Of a DNA stretch of 64,000 nt, positions 47,093 to 57,594 are shown in pieces. This DNA is from Anaerolineales bacterium (GTDB lineage Bacteria; Chloroflexota; Anaerolineae; Anaerolineales; UBA11858), in assembly GCA_049644605.1 (NCBI GenBank), contig JBARSF010000007.1, positions 5,164 through 69,163 of the forward strand, written 5' to 3'. A program made the translations under genes and the position numbers. The notes beneath the pieces are model-generated. The model was not told where the DNA came from. It made no database searches and saw only the letters and a list, made by a program, of their open reading frames with translations. Each line of letters starts with the position of its first letter. Position 1 is the first letter of the stretch.

Positions 47093-48076
47093 ATGGTAAC
47101 TGTTACGTTATACACCCGGGAAGACTGCAAATTATGCCAGAAAACTGAAGAGGATTTAAAGGATCTGCAGCAAGAATATCCTCATCGTTTGGTGAAGATT
47201 GATATTGAAAAGGAAGACTTTCCAGAATATAGTGAACAGATTCCTATTATGGATATTGGGCCATATCAACTCAAAGCGCCAATTGATGTAAAAACCATAA
47301 AAATGACCCTGGGAGCTGCGCAGGACAGGCTAAATCAACTGGATAAGATCAATCTTGAATCCCACCAGAGAAGAGTGGAGAGGGGAAAAAAAATCTCTCT
47401 GAGCGACCGGTTTTTCCATTGGCTATCTAAGCGATATATGCTGGTATTTAATGGATTTGTATTTCTATACCTGGGGCTAGCTGTACTTGCGCCAATTCTC
47501 CAAGCAAACGGGTCCGTAGGGACAGCTAAAGTTATATACGCAGTCTATGGCAGGTTATGCCACCAGCTTGCATATCGGTCCTGGTTCATCTATGGAGAAC
47601 AATTTGCTTATCCTAGAGAAATGGCAAATCTGGATCAGTTGATGACATATGAAGAAGCGACCGGATATGATCCTTTTGATATCCAAGCTGCCCATGATTT
47701 TTTAGGTAATGAAAACCTGGGATATAAAATAGCCCTCTGTCAACGAGATATGGCGATTTACGGCGGAATCCTCGGTTTTGGATTAATCTTTTCTCTAACT
47801 CGAAAAAAAATCCCCGGCCTACCAATCGCTGTTTGGTTCCTGTTGGGGATAATCCCTCTTGGATTGGATGGAACCAGCCAAATAATTAGTCAACTGCCTT
47901 GGGATATTTTGCCAATTCGAGAAAGCACACCGCTCCTGAGATCTCTTACAGGGGCTTTATTTGGCGTGACTACAGCCTGGTTTGGATATCCAATTGTTGA
48001 AGAGACGATGGCAGATACTCGAAAAATTATGACGGTGAAGGTCAAAGCTGCCCAAATGCCACCAAGGGAAGAATGA
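47093..48076 (+). CDS. glutaredoxin-like domain fused to DUF2085 membrane domain
   Basis: N-terminal VTLYTREDCKLCQKTEEDL (CxxC). The C-terminal TM region has LCHQLAYRS and CQRDMAIYGG, typical of DUF2085. Confidence 0.7.
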   Translation: MVTVTLYTREDCKLCQKTEEDLKDLQQEYPHRLVKIDIEKEDFPEYSEQIPIMDIGPYQLKAPIDVKTIKMTLGAAQDRLNQLDKINLESHQRRVERGKKISLSDRFFHWLSKRYMLVFNGFVFLYLGLAVLAPILQANGSVGTAKVIYAVYGRLCHQLAYRSWFIYGEQFAYPREMANLDQLMTYEEATGYDPFDIQAAHDFLGNENLGYKIALCQRDMAIYGGILGFGLIFSLTRKKIPGLPIAVWFLLGIIPLGLDGTSQIISQLPWDILPIRESTPLLRSLTGALFGVTTAWFGYPIVEETMADTRKIMTVKVKAAQMPPREE

Positions 48077-48855
48077 TAATCCGAAATAATGCAGGATTAA
48101 AATATTTTCAATTTGAATCTCTGCTTAATGAAAATATTTTCCAGGCTGTTTTTTCCAGAAAGGGAGGTGTAAGTCCTCCGCCGTGGAATTCACTTAACCT
48201 GGGAAGTACTGTCGGAGATGATCCTGAAAATGTAGAGGTAAATAAAATAAGACTGCTGGATGTGATTGGTTATTCTCCAAAACAGATTGCCCAGGTGCAT
48301 CAAGTTCATTCTGCCCGGGTAATAAAAGCTGATAAACCGCAAGGAAATACGACAAACCCAGAGCGGGGGGATGCAATCATCACTAATAAGCCGGGATTAC
48401 TGATGGTTATGCGATTCGCTGATTGCGTTCCGATATTTATATATGATCCGGTAAATCATGCGGCAGCAATTGTACATGCAGGCTGGAAAGGGACGATCAA
48501 AGGCGTTGCTTATGAGGCAGTCCGTCGAATGGCAAAACAATATGGTTCAAAACCGAAGGAGCTGATCGCTGGCATTGGACCATCAATTGGCCCGGACCAT
48601 TATCAGATTGGAGAAGAAGTGATCAGCGAGGTCATGAGAACTTATCCTGATCAAAGTAATCAAGTTTTGATAACTGATAACGATGGTGTAAAATTAGATT
48701 TATGGAAGGCTAACGAGATTACATTATCTAGAGCCGGTGTAAATAAGATTGAAATTGCAGGAATATGTACCGCATGCGAACTTGAAGATTGGTATTCACA
48801 TCGAGGGGAAAAAGGAAAAACAGGTCGATTTGGAGCGGTACTGGGGTTGCGGTAA
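48073..48855 (+). CDS. pgeF: peptidoglycan editing factor PgeF (YfiH/DUF152, laccase-domain protein)
   Basis: Motifs QVHSARV, FADCVPIF, HAGWKGT and CTAC...YSHRGE. Confidence 0.85.
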   Translation: MIIRNNAGLKYFQFESLLNENIFQAVFSRKGGVSPPPWNSLNLGSTVGDDPENVEVNKIRLLDVIGYSPKQIAQVHQVHSARVIKADKPQGNTTNPERGDAIITNKPGLLMVMRFADCVPIFIYDPVNHAAAIVHAGWKGTIKGVAYEAVRRMAKQYGSKPKELIAGIGPSIGPDHYQIGEEVISEVMRTYPDQSNQVLITDNDGVKLDLWKANEITLSRAGVNKIEIAGICTACELEDWYSHRGEKGKTGRFGAVLGLR

Positions 48856-48869
48856 ATAGAAATCAAGAT

Positions 48870-49589
48870 ATGGATCCCTTTGTATTGGAAACTATTAACG
48901 ATCGGGTTGAACAAGTTCTAGAAAGAATAGAAAAGACTGCCCAATCTTGTGGCAGAAATTCAGCTGATATTGAGTTGGTCGCAGTTACAAAACAAAAATC
49001 AGCTGCCGTTGTTAAAGAACTCTCAGAGTCTGGGATAAAAAAAATTGGTGAGAGTTATTTAAAAGAAGCCTTGTTTAAAATCGGCATTCTGCAAGACTAT
49101 CAGCTGGAATGGCACATGATTGGTACCATACAGCATGGAAAAGAGAAACAGATCGCTCAACATTTTGCGGAAGTCCATTCAGTTGACCGGATAACAGTCG
49201 CAGAAGAACTAAGCAGAAGAGCGGAGCAAGCCCAGAGAGTAATTCCTGTATATCTGGAATATAATGTAAGTGGCGAGGGAACAAAGCACGGATGGCAAGG
49301 CCGGGATAGTCATCTATGGGAGAAGCTTCTGCCCGAATTTGAACAAGTCATTAAACTCTCATCTCTAAAAGTTAAGGGATTAATGACGATGGCACCTTAT
49401 GATATCGATCCAGAAGAGGCGAGGCCCTATTTTATAAGACTGCGAAAATTAAGGGACTATTTAGCGAAAAAATACCCGGGTGTAAATCTGGAAGGACTAT
49501 CAATGGGGATGAGTGGAGATTTTGAAACAGCCATCGAAGAAGGAGCAACTGTTTTACGGATCGGATCAGCACTGGTTGGTCCGCGTTAA
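48870..49589 (+). CDS. yggS: YggS-family pyridoxal-phosphate homeostasis protein
   Basis: ELVAVTKQKS (PLP Lys) and C-terminal LRIGSALVG. ATG 48870 is chosen because the ORF-track start at 48789 would overlap pgeF by 67 nt. Confidence 0.85.
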   Translation: MDPFVLETINDRVEQVLERIEKTAQSCGRNSADIELVAVTKQKSAAVVKELSESGIKKIGESYLKEALFKIGILQDYQLEWHMIGTIQHGKEKQIAQHFAEVHSVDRITVAEELSRRAEQAQRVIPVYLEYNVSGEGTKHGWQGRDSHLWEKLLPEFEQVIKLSSLKVKGLMTMAPYDIDPEEARPYFIRLRKLRDYLAKKYPGVNLEGLSMGMSGDFETAIEEGATVLRIGSALVGPR

Positions 49590-49601
49590 TAAAGGAAGAA
49601 C

Positions 49602-49847
49602 ATGGTATTAGAATCGATAATTACGGTCATTGAACAAACCCTCCTGCTGCTAATATTATTAAAAATAATCTTGTCATATTTTATGGATCCTTTTCATCCT
49701 TTTAGACAATCGGTTGATCGGCTAATAGAGCCTTTATTAAAACCTATACGACAGATACTCCCGTCATTTGGAAGGTTTGATTTCAGCCCCTTAATATTAA
49801 TGATTCTAATTGAGGTGGTTGCAACCATACTGCGCAACATTATTTAG
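49602..49847 (+). CDS. yggT: YggT-family membrane protein
   Basis: 81 aa with two TM helices. Conserved position after yggS. Confidence 0.7.
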   Translation: MVLESIITVIEQTLLLLILLKIILSYFMDPFHPFRQSVDRLIEPLLKPIRQILPSFGRFDFSPLILMILIEVVATILRNII

Positions 49848-49886
49848 AAATAAAGTATGTAAAAGTTCCTGTATTGAGGAGAAATA

Positions 49887-50192
49887 ATGATTGGGAGAGA
49901 ATTTAACTTTCACGATGGGGAAAAAGGTTCTGCAATAGCGATCAGGATAACGAAAGGAAAAGGGAGACAACGAATTGTAAAAGTTCTCAGAGATGGCACT
50001 GTAGTAATTGATCTCCCTGAGGAAGTTGAAGATATTGACCAGGAATTAATCAAGTTTTTATCAAACCAATTGGGCATAGAGCCAAAAAGATTTGACATCA
50101 TTGCCGGGGAAGAAGGGCAGGAGAAGTTAATCTCGATCCTGGATATGAACCCCGAAGTACTGCAGAAGTTAATCTTAAAGAAACTAGCCTGA
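49887..50192 (+). CDS. DUF167 (YggU) family protein
   Basis: 101 aa. GSAIAIRITKGKGRQRIVKVLRDGTVVIDL resembles the DUF167 core. Conserved neighbourhood with yggS/yggT. Confidence 0.6.
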   Translation: MIGREFNFHDGEKGSAIAIRITKGKGRQRIVKVLRDGTVVIDLPEEVEDIDQELIKFLSNQLGIEPKRFDIIAGEEGQEKLISILDMNPEVLQKLILKKLA

Positions 50193-50221
50193 ACCTAAGG
50201 TAGAGGTAATACAAATAAAAA

Positions 50222-50256
50222 TCTCCTTTCCATAATAGGATTGGAGGTTTTTTATA
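50222..50256. terminator. hairpin terminator between convergent genes
   Basis: ATCTCC (50222-50227) ... GGAGGT (50244-50249) with an inner TCC/GGA pairing, followed by T6 on the + strand. Confidence 0.45.
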
Positions 50257-50274
50257 TTGAAAGTTATTAATTTG

Positions 50275-52752
50275 TCAGGATACTGCACTCGCCGTTGAAG
50301 TTGTTTTGTATCCCGGAGGAGTGCAATACCAGAGTGTTAGAGCCGCTTGATGGTGTACATCAGGATTTGAATCCTCTAACGCTTTAAGGAGAGAGGGAAC
50401 GACTTCAAGATAATTTTCTTGACGCAAGGGAATCAAGGCCGCTTGTTTTTGTTCAGCTGACCCGTTTTCCAAGGCATTTAAGAGCAATTCTAAGGCAGAT
50501 TCAGGGGTTAACATAACCAGGTCATGCTGGGTTGAGAATGTGCGCAGCCAGGCAGCTGCGTGAGCTGGGGGTTGTGGAGTCGGCAGATATGGAGAGCCTG
50601 TCTGAAGGATTTCAAAGACCTGTTGGGCGAGATCCCTGACTACCCACTCGTCTTCATCGATTCGCATTTTATTGAGTATGTCAGTTGCCCAGGATTCTCT
50701 AATCAAGCTTAAGCCATGAACAACAGCATAGCGAACCAGCAGGTCTTCTCTTGTTGCTCCTTCACGCAATGCAGGGTGTCCCTCACTGCGATTGTGTGCA
50801 AGGGATTCGGCAGCAGCTCTGCGCAGCAATTCATCTCCATGAAGCAGGCATTCAGCTATCGCTTCAAGGGCTTTCGGTGTGCCAATTTTACCTAACGCAT
50901 AACAAGCGGCGACTGATGCTGGAAATTGATCATTAAGTTGTTTAATTAATAAGGGGACGGCGTTGAGGTCTTGAATAAAACCTGATCCCAAGGCGGCGGC
51001 TCGTCTGGTATTAAGGTTTTGGGACTGAAGAAGGTGCCGGAAAATGGGACCAACGGAGGGGTTCCCGGAGGTTGCAAGCAAAATTGTCAACCGTAATTTT
51101 ATAAGATAGATGGGGTTGGAATGGATTTCACGCGTAATAGCTTGGAGTAAAGTTTCCTCAAGCGCTGTGGTAGGCTTTTTTAGGTAAGAAAGCCATCTAC
51201 AGGCGCTCAACAACCTGTTTTTTAACAAGCTACTGTCGATCAGAGTATGTTCCATGACTGGCGCGATGGAGTTAAATGCAGAGAAATAACGCATCGTTTC
51301 GTAAAGCAGAGGCCAATCTGGTTGCGTAAGAATATGCTGAATAACACTTCCGCTTGTCCTGCTTATTGCCCTGGAAGCCAGAAACCCAGTAATCGATGGA
51401 TATGTAAAACAGAAACCATCAGTTCCTATTCTTTGCAGAAGATTATGCATCAGGGCAAGTTGAATAGCGCGATTAATGGGACTGGTTTTATCGTCAGTTT
51501 TATCAGGCGGAGAAGATTCACTCAGGTTGGAAAGCCAGGAATTGATATCCCGCTTAGTAAATATGCTTTTTTGCTGTTCCAAAGAATGAAGGGCTAAATA
51601 CTCGAGAGTGCGGAGTGAGCTTTGAGGAAAAGGTGAAATTATCCGTTTTAAAAAAGAAGTGATGGAGTTCACGGCTGATGGGCCCTTGAGGTCGCCCGCG
51701 TATGCAGCCCAGGCTTTAAGGGTGAATTCAAGTGGTGTAAGGTATTGATCACTGATAACAAGCAATCCGTTACGGATGTTTATTTGATCCACTGTATCTG
51801 CGGAGCTTTCTATAGACGCTGGAGAAATTGATGATGGCCAGAGCTGGCTCCATTTCTCTAGAAAGGCATATTTCTCTTTACGGCCCCAAGAAGCAATTGA
51901 GATAAATTCAAGGGGAGCTTTGACGAGATTGCCAAAATATGAAGGGGAAGCCGCTATAACGATTTGCAAAGAGGGAATTTTAGTGGTGAGAGCGACAATA
52001 TAATTGGCTACCCGATTGATGTCTGTATGAGAGAGAATATCAAGGCTGTCTATAAAAAGGATCGCCTGTTCTTGGTTAAGTGAAGTCGTTATGTATTTAG
52101 GGAGATTAGGAATAGTTGAAAAGGGAGGATAGGATTGGATTGCCGATAACAAGATCTCTAAAATGTCACTGCCGGGAAATTGATTTAGGATGTGATTGGC
52201 CTCAACATAAAAGGGTATTTTTCCAGATAATTCAGGATGGTTATGTTTGCCTTTCAGCAGGGAAGTTATACAATCCGCGACGGCAACAGTTTTTCCAGTC
52301 CCCGGAGCCCCTAACAGACAGATATTAGCTCCTTTTGATAGCGCTGAAAGCAAAGAAAATGTGGGAGTGGAATATTCGACAGCAAATTCAGGAAAGGCAG
52401 GGTCATAACCGAGGGTTTGTTGAAGTAAACTGGGATCAAAGGTATCCGCCAGCGTAATGGCTGAAGGAGGTGGGGCGATACACCTAGGTGGGATGGATAG
52501 TTTTTCGAGCGGGCCCAGAGCTGATGCAATATGTTTCCCCTGGATAAACTTGTAAAGTATTCGGCTGTAATCGGTTTCAGAGGCAATGGAAAGCTTATCG
52601 CGAAAAGCACCAATTCGGTTAATGGTTCTGAAGAAATAAGCCTTAAGTTGGGAACGAAATCTTAAAAATAATACCAACAAGATAACAGCTAATAAGACTC
52701 CTGCCCAGAATGATTGATATTCTAAATAAATTTTAGGTAAAAACCGCGACAT
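50275..52752 (-). CDS. membrane-anchored NACHT/STAND-like P-loop NTPase with C-terminal HEAT repeats
   Basis: N-terminal TM helix (FWAGVLLAVILLVLFL), Walker A LLGAPGTGKT, Walker B AILFIDSLDIL, then IVIAASPSY. The C-terminal half has HEAT-like repeats (RRAAALGSG, VAACYALGKIG, RRAAAESLA, VRYAVVHGL). Confidence 0.7.
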   Translation of the reverse strand: MSRFLPKIYLEYQSFWAGVLLAVILLVLFLRFRSQLKAYFFRTINRIGAFRDKLSIASETDYSRILYKFIQGKHIASALGPLEKLSIPPRCIAPPPSAITLADTFDPSLLQQTLGYDPAFPEFAVEYSTPTFSLLSALSKGANICLLGAPGTGKTVAVADCITSLLKGKHNHPELSGKIPFYVEANHILNQFPGSDILEILLSAIQSYPPFSTIPNLPKYITTSLNQEQAILFIDSLDILSHTDINRVANYIVALTTKIPSLQIVIAASPSYFGNLVKAPLEFISIASWGRKEKYAFLEKWSQLWPSSISPASIESSADTVDQINIRNGLLVISDQYLTPLEFTLKAWAAYAGDLKGPSAVNSITSFLKRIISPFPQSSLRTLEYLALHSLEQQKSIFTKRDINSWLSNLSESSPPDKTDDKTSPINRAIQLALMHNLLQRIGTDGFCFTYPSITGFLASRAISRTSGSVIQHILTQPDWPLLYETMRYFSAFNSIAPVMEHTLIDSSLLKNRLLSACRWLSYLKKPTTALEETLLQAITREIHSNPIYLIKLRLTILLATSGNPSVGPIFRHLLQSQNLNTRRAAALGSGFIQDLNAVPLLIKQLNDQFPASVAACYALGKIGTPKALEAIAECLLHGDELLRRAAAESLAHNRSEGHPALREGATREDLLVRYAVVHGLSLIRESWATDILNKMRIDEDEWVVRDLAQQVFEILQTGSPYLPTPQPPAHAAAWLRTFSTQHDLVMLTPESALELLLNALENGSAEQKQAALIPLRQENYLEVVPSLLKALEDSNPDVHHQAALTLWYCTPPGYKTTSTASAVS

Positions 52753-52770
52753 GGAAAAGTCTCTTTTGGT

Positions 52771-53478
52771 TCAGTCTCTTTCTTGAAACAGGATCCTCTT
52801 ACAGGTTGGGCAATAGGCAAGCTTTGTGGGAGATTTAGCTTCTTGTTCAATCGCGGAGGGAATATTTGCTCCGCAGGCTGAACAGCTGCTCTCAACCATC
52901 AGCGTAACAGCTATACCTCCAGATGATTTACGCAACCTTTCATAGATTGGCAGGTCAGTGATAGACTCGCTATCGATATAAACACTTCGATCGCTTTGCA
53001 GTTGAGATACTTTTGACTCGAGATTATCTTTTTCAATCATCAATTTCTCATCTTCCGCTTGTTTAGTACTGGAGATTTCTGCTGCATTTGATGCAGATTG
53101 GTTGTGCGTGGATAGAGCCTGGTCGTAATCAAGCATAGCTTCCAGTTGACGTTCTTCTAATACAGAAAGATATTTCTGGAGCGAAGTAGATTCTAAATGT
53201 AAATCTTCCAATTCCTTCGGGTTGGTGATCATTCCGCCGTATAGTTTTTTTTGGTTTTGAGAAATCTTAAGGTTCTGGCCCTCAACCGCATGTTCTGAAG
53301 CCTTGAGATTTTTCTGTTTATCATCGAGGATTAATTTATGTTCTTCTTGAATCTGCAGGGCACTATTTAATGCTTGATTATCGGATAATGCTTTTATAAT
53401 TTCATCAATTCGTTTATTTGATTGATCAATATCAGAATCGATTTGTTGTAGTTTGTACAATGGTTTGGAAAGGCTCAT
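52771..53478 (-). CDS. DUF164/COG1579 coiled-coil protein with C-terminal C4 zinc ribbon
   Basis: Long coiled coil (LYKLQQIDSDIDQ...) and CSACGANIP...YCPTCKRIL. Lies 18 nt upstream of the NTPase gene. Confidence 0.75.
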   Translation of the reverse strand: MSLSKPLYKLQQIDSDIDQSNKRIDEIIKALSDNQALNSALQIQEEHKLILDDKQKNLKASEHAVEGQNLKISQNQKKLYGGMITNPKELEDLHLESTSLQKYLSVLEERQLEAMLDYDQALSTHNQSASNAAEISSTKQAEDEKLMIEKDNLESKVSQLQSDRSVYIDSESITDLPIYERLRKSSGGIAVTLMVESSCSACGANIPSAIEQEAKSPTKLAYCPTCKRILFQERD

Positions 53479-53580
53479 TAGTAAGAAAATCCTTCTGTCT
53501 CTCTGGCTGGTATGATGAGATTATAGATGTGTAATTGCACGAAAGCAAGGGGCAGATTTAAAAGCTGATAAAATAAGGAC

Positions 53581-55119
53581 ATGGCGCAAAATAAAGCAAT
53601 GTTAATTATCAGCTGCCTGGTCATTTTGTTAGTGACATTGCCTTATTTGGCTGCCTTTCAAGTTGAGACCAACGAGTCAGTATTTGGGGGTTTTTTAATT
53701 AATATCAAAGATGGACATTCTTATCTAGCGAAAATGCAGCAAGGATATTTAGGGAATTGGAAATTTGTATTGCCTTATACGGCTGAGGCTGGCGAAGGCG
53801 CTTATTTATTTCTTTTTTATCTTGTTTTGGGACATATCGCCAGAGTTATTAATCTCCCGCTGATTGTGATCTACCATTTGGCCCGTGTCCTGAGTGCTGT
53901 ATTCCTGCTCTGGGCAATGAGCATTCTTTTTAAGCGAACATTTAGTGCAACAAAAGACCAAAATTTAGGATTTATGATAGCTTCTTTAGGGTCCGGCATA
54001 GGCTGGATAGCTGTTATGTTTGGATTATTTACAAGTGATTTCTGGGTTGCAGAAGCATTTCCTTTTTTGTCCATCTATACAAATCCACATTTTGCACTTG
54101 GTTTGGGTTTAATGATCCTGGGATTGATTTATGATAATGAAAATAAACCCTGGATTTCCACTCTACTGGGTTTGGCACTGGGGATTGTGCAGCCCTTTGC
54201 GGTGGTGATTATATTGTTGGTTTTGGGCGGAAAATCTTCAATCGAATTTCTTGAATCTGACGGGAACATACAGGAAAGACTTAAGTCATCAGGAAGTATT
54301 CTCAGATTTGTATTCTTTGGAGTGGGCGGAGGCATTATCCTCCTCTATCAATACTGGAGTATATTATCTGACCCGGTATTAGCCCTCTGGAATAAGCAGA
54401 ATGTTACCAGTTCGCCGGCATTGCTTGATCTTTTACTCTCCTTATCTCCCTGCTTGATCCTGGCAGTTTTGAGCATTAGAGAAGCCTGGAATAACGAGCA
54501 GGGGAAGTTATTGTTGATTTGGGCCGGGATTAGTTTAATATTAATTTGCGTACCCTGGAATTTACAAAGAAGATTTTTAACGGGGATTTTTATCCCGTTG
54601 GCTGGTTTAAGCGTGTATGGCGTAAGCCTGATCCGAAAATGGATTCCTGCTAAGAACAGGATTCTTGTTTTTGTTCTCTTCTGCCTGATACTTCCCACCA
54701 ACGGGATGGTGCTCATGTCAGGCGTACAGGCTTCAACTCAACTTGATCCAAAGATTTATATTCCAAAAGCTGTCCAAGAGGGATTAGACTGGTTGTCTGA
54801 AAATTCACACACAAATGATCTTGTCCTGGCAGATGAGGTAGTAGGATTATATATTCCTTCTGCTACAGGCAGAAGAGTGATCTATGGACATCCCTTTGAG
54901 ACAGTTAATGCTGATCAGGAACTAGAATTGGTCAGGCTCTTCTTTCAAGGCCAGATGCTTCCGGAAAATATTCAAACAGAGTTAATAGATCGAGGAGTTA
55001 AGTACATTTTTTCAACAAATGAGTTAAACCAAGATCTTGCCTCATGGATAAATCAGCAGGGATTCGCTGGGGTTTTTAAAAGCGGGAAAGTACAGATATT
55101 TCTGGTGACAGATTCATGA
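53581..55119 (+). CDS. polytopic membrane protein, GT-C-like, uncharacterised
   Basis: 512 aa with more than 10 predicted TM helices and a C-terminal soluble domain. 4-nt overlap with the downstream YfhO-like gene. Confidence 0.6.
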   Translation: MAQNKAMLIISCLVILLVTLPYLAAFQVETNESVFGGFLINIKDGHSYLAKMQQGYLGNWKFVLPYTAEAGEGAYLFLFYLVLGHIARVINLPLIVIYHLARVLSAVFLLWAMSILFKRTFSATKDQNLGFMIASLGSGIGWIAVMFGLFTSDFWVAEAFPFLSIYTNPHFALGLGLMILGLIYDNENKPWISTLLGLALGIVQPFAVVIILLVLGGKSSIEFLESDGNIQERLKSSGSILRFVFFGVGGGIILLYQYWSILSDPVLALWNKQNVTSSPALLDLLLSLSPCLILAVLSIREAWNNEQGKLLLIWAGISLILICVPWNLQRRFLTGIFIPLAGLSVYGVSLIRKWIPAKNRILVFVLFCLILPTNGMVLMSGVQASTQLDPKIYIPKAVQEGLDWLSENSHTNDLVLADEVVGLYIPSATGRRVIYGHPFETVNADQELELVRLFFQGQMLPENIQTELIDRGVKYIFSTNELNQDLASWINQQGFAGVFKSGKVQIFLVTDS

Positions 55120-57281
55120 ATACAAAACAAGGTAGCTCTCCAAGGAAGAACAGTAATTGTTTAACTGGCAGTGAAAAAACCATTTGGACAAGGTTGCTAA
55201 AATGGTTTCTATTCCTGCCGGTATTAATCTATCTGCCTGGAATTTTTGGCGGAATTCCTTTTGTATCGGAAACCGCACAATACACAGATTTGCTTCTGAC
55301 GCATTACCCAAACGCAATATTTTTAAAGAATGCAATTCTGGAGCATCTTGCGATTCCTTTTTGGTCAAATCTAATTTACTCGGGCATGCCTTTTGCAGCA
55401 AACCCGCTGTCGGGATTATGGTATCTGCCTGGCTGGATCGCGCTTATTTTCCCGCTTCCTTCAGGAATAAGCATTGTCCTGGCTCTCCACAGTGTTATGG
55501 GAGCCTGGGGATTTTATAAATTAATGATTAAAGAGGGGACAGGAGAGTTCGCTGGAATTCTAGCAGGAATAGCTTTTGGTTTGCTGCCTAAAACTGCAGC
55601 TCATTTTGGCGCAGGTCACGTATCCCTGCTTTATGCGATTGCCTGGACTCCTTGGCTGATTATGACAACCAGAACGGACGACCGGGGTTGGAAAACCGGA
55701 TTGATCATGGCAGGATTGTTTACTGCTGATCCGCGCTGGTCTATTTTTGCTGGGCTGCTCTGGGCGAGTTACATCGCTGCGCATAGACAAATCCGTACCT
55801 CAAAAAAGTTTAAATTTTATTTAAACACAGGTTTGATTGCCTTCCTACTCGCCTCTCCATTATTATTGCCTCTGCTTGAATTCACTAGTTTCTCAACCAG
55901 GTCTAACATGATGGCGGAAGATGTTTTTGCCTTTTCATTACCGCCAAAAAAACTGTTGGGAATTTTTATTCCGGGGCAGGCAGGAAATCCGGAATGGTTT
56001 ATGTATGTGGGTGGGTTATTGATATTGATATTTATTATTCAATTATGGAGGAAAAAAGACAGGCGCAAGAACGCCTTTTGGTTAAGTTGGCTAGGGATCA
56101 GTTTGGTGATCTCGTTTGGCTCTTATATTCCCGGGGTTGAGTGGCTCGCAAAGATGCCGGTGATATCTCTGCTCAGAGTGCCAGCAAGAGCGTTATTTAT
56201 TACAGGTATTTGTTTTGCGGCAATTGCCGGAGGATCAAGCGAGGATTTAATACGAGGGAAGATTCCAGGAAGAATAATTCGGTTAACCTCGTTTGGCGTA
56301 GTACTATTTTCGCTGCTCTTGGGAGGGATTGTCGCTGTCGGGGCAAATAAAGCCCCCTTATCGCTCTACTGGGGATTTGGCTTTTTTATCATCTCTGCCG
56401 TAGGAACTGTCCCTTTAAACAGAATTAACCGCCTTGAATACAAACAATGGATTTTAATAGGAATCCTGACTGTTGATCTCCTTGGTGCTGGATATCTTAG
56501 TTACAGCGTAAAAACCAGGGACCAAGTTTTTGCTAGACCTGAAAAAGTGATTAGGTTTATTCAGGACGATGAGGATTTATATCGATTATATTCACCCTCA
56601 CATAGTGTTCCTCAATATATCGCTGTCATAAAAGCCGCAGAATTAGCTGACGGTGTTGATCCACTGCAAATTGAGTCTTATGCAAAGTTCATGGCAGAGG
56701 CATCAGGTGTTAATGAATCGGGTTATTTCGTCACGATCCCGCCTTTTAAAACTGGAAACCCCAAAAATGATAATAAGGACTATGAACCAGACCCATTTTT
56801 ATTGGGATTGCTTAATGTAAAATACATTGTGTCTGAATTTGAAATGAAGGTTGAGGGATTGACTGGGGTGGAAACTATTGCGGATAGTCACATATACATA
56901 AATAATCAATTTCTGCCACGGGCCTGGGTTCAAGAAGATGATTTGCTGTCATCAAAAGAATTGAGTTCTGAAAAGATTTCTCCAGCTCGAATTGTTAAAT
57001 TAAGTCCAAATAAAATTCATCTTGAGACTGAAGGTCCTGGCACTCTTGTTCTGTCAGAAATTAATTATCCAGGTTGGGTTGTGATTGTTGACGGAGAAAG
57101 GCAAGAAATAACTCCTGCTTATGGAGTATTAAGAAGTGTTGTCCTGGAAGACGGCAAACATGAGATTATCTTTAAATTTCAACCGAAAACTATCTATGCT
57201 GGATTAGCCTTAGCTGCTATCGGATGGATGATTTTCCTGTGGAAAGAGGTATTAGACAAAAAATCAGCAACTATTATTTAG
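55116..57281 (+). CDS. YfhO-family membrane glycosyltransferase-like protein
   Basis: 721 aa, polytopic. C-terminal YfhO hallmark EINYPGWVVIVDGERQEITPAYGVLRSVVLEDGKHEIIFKFQP. Confidence 0.75.
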   Translation: MNTKQGSSPRKNSNCLTGSEKTIWTRLLKWFLFLPVLIYLPGIFGGIPFVSETAQYTDLLLTHYPNAIFLKNAILEHLAIPFWSNLIYSGMPFAANPLSGLWYLPGWIALIFPLPSGISIVLALHSVMGAWGFYKLMIKEGTGEFAGILAGIAFGLLPKTAAHFGAGHVSLLYAIAWTPWLIMTTRTDDRGWKTGLIMAGLFTADPRWSIFAGLLWASYIAAHRQIRTSKKFKFYLNTGLIAFLLASPLLLPLLEFTSFSTRSNMMAEDVFAFSLPPKKLLGIFIPGQAGNPEWFMYVGGLLILIFIIQLWRKKDRRKNAFWLSWLGISLVISFGSYIPGVEWLAKMPVISLLRVPARALFITGICFAAIAGGSSEDLIRGKIPGRIIRLTSFGVVLFSLLLGGIVAVGANKAPLSLYWGFGFFIISAVGTVPLNRINRLEYKQWILIGILTVDLLGAGYLSYSVKTRDQVFARPEKVIRFIQDDEDLYRLYSPSHSVPQYIAVIKAAELADGVDPLQIESYAKFMAEASGVNESGYFVTIPPFKTGNPKNDNKDYEPDPFLLGLLNVKYIVSEFEMKVEGLTGVETIADSHIYINNQFLPRAWVQEDDLLSSKELSSEKISPARIVKLSPNKIHLETEGPGTLVLSEINYPGWVVIVDGERQEITPAYGVLRSVVLEDGKHEIIFKFQPKTIYAGLALAAIGWMIFLWKEVLDKKSATII

Positions 57282-57594
57282 CGCTGTAGAAGATTAATCC
57301 CTTTGCTGTTGTAAACATTATTATAGCGGAAGATCCTTACCTTAGAGGCCAGACTGCTGAGACAGAAGAATATAAATTTAGGGGGATTATTTTTCTCAGA
57401 TGCATCTGATTACTACTGAAGCAAGATCATCAGTTAATATGGAGTTGATTGCATTTTTTTAGTACCTTCAGAAAAAAGGTTGGAATCTCTGAATCCAGGA
57501 GATGTTGATTGTTTAGGTAAGATCTTTATGAAAAGGAATTTGAAAATTTCCACGTAAAATAATTTCATTGCCTCTGAAAAGGCGTCGCGTACTG

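Noticed and set aside
48789-48869. Upstream extension of yggS (ORF-track start 48789); similar TTG/GTG extensions at 27661, 33092, 34084, 35057, 41011, 46334, 57568 and 62027
   Set aside because: The extensions overlap the preceding gene or lack an RBS. In-frame ATGs a few codons downstream have good Shine-Dalgarno spacing and give N-termini typical of the families.
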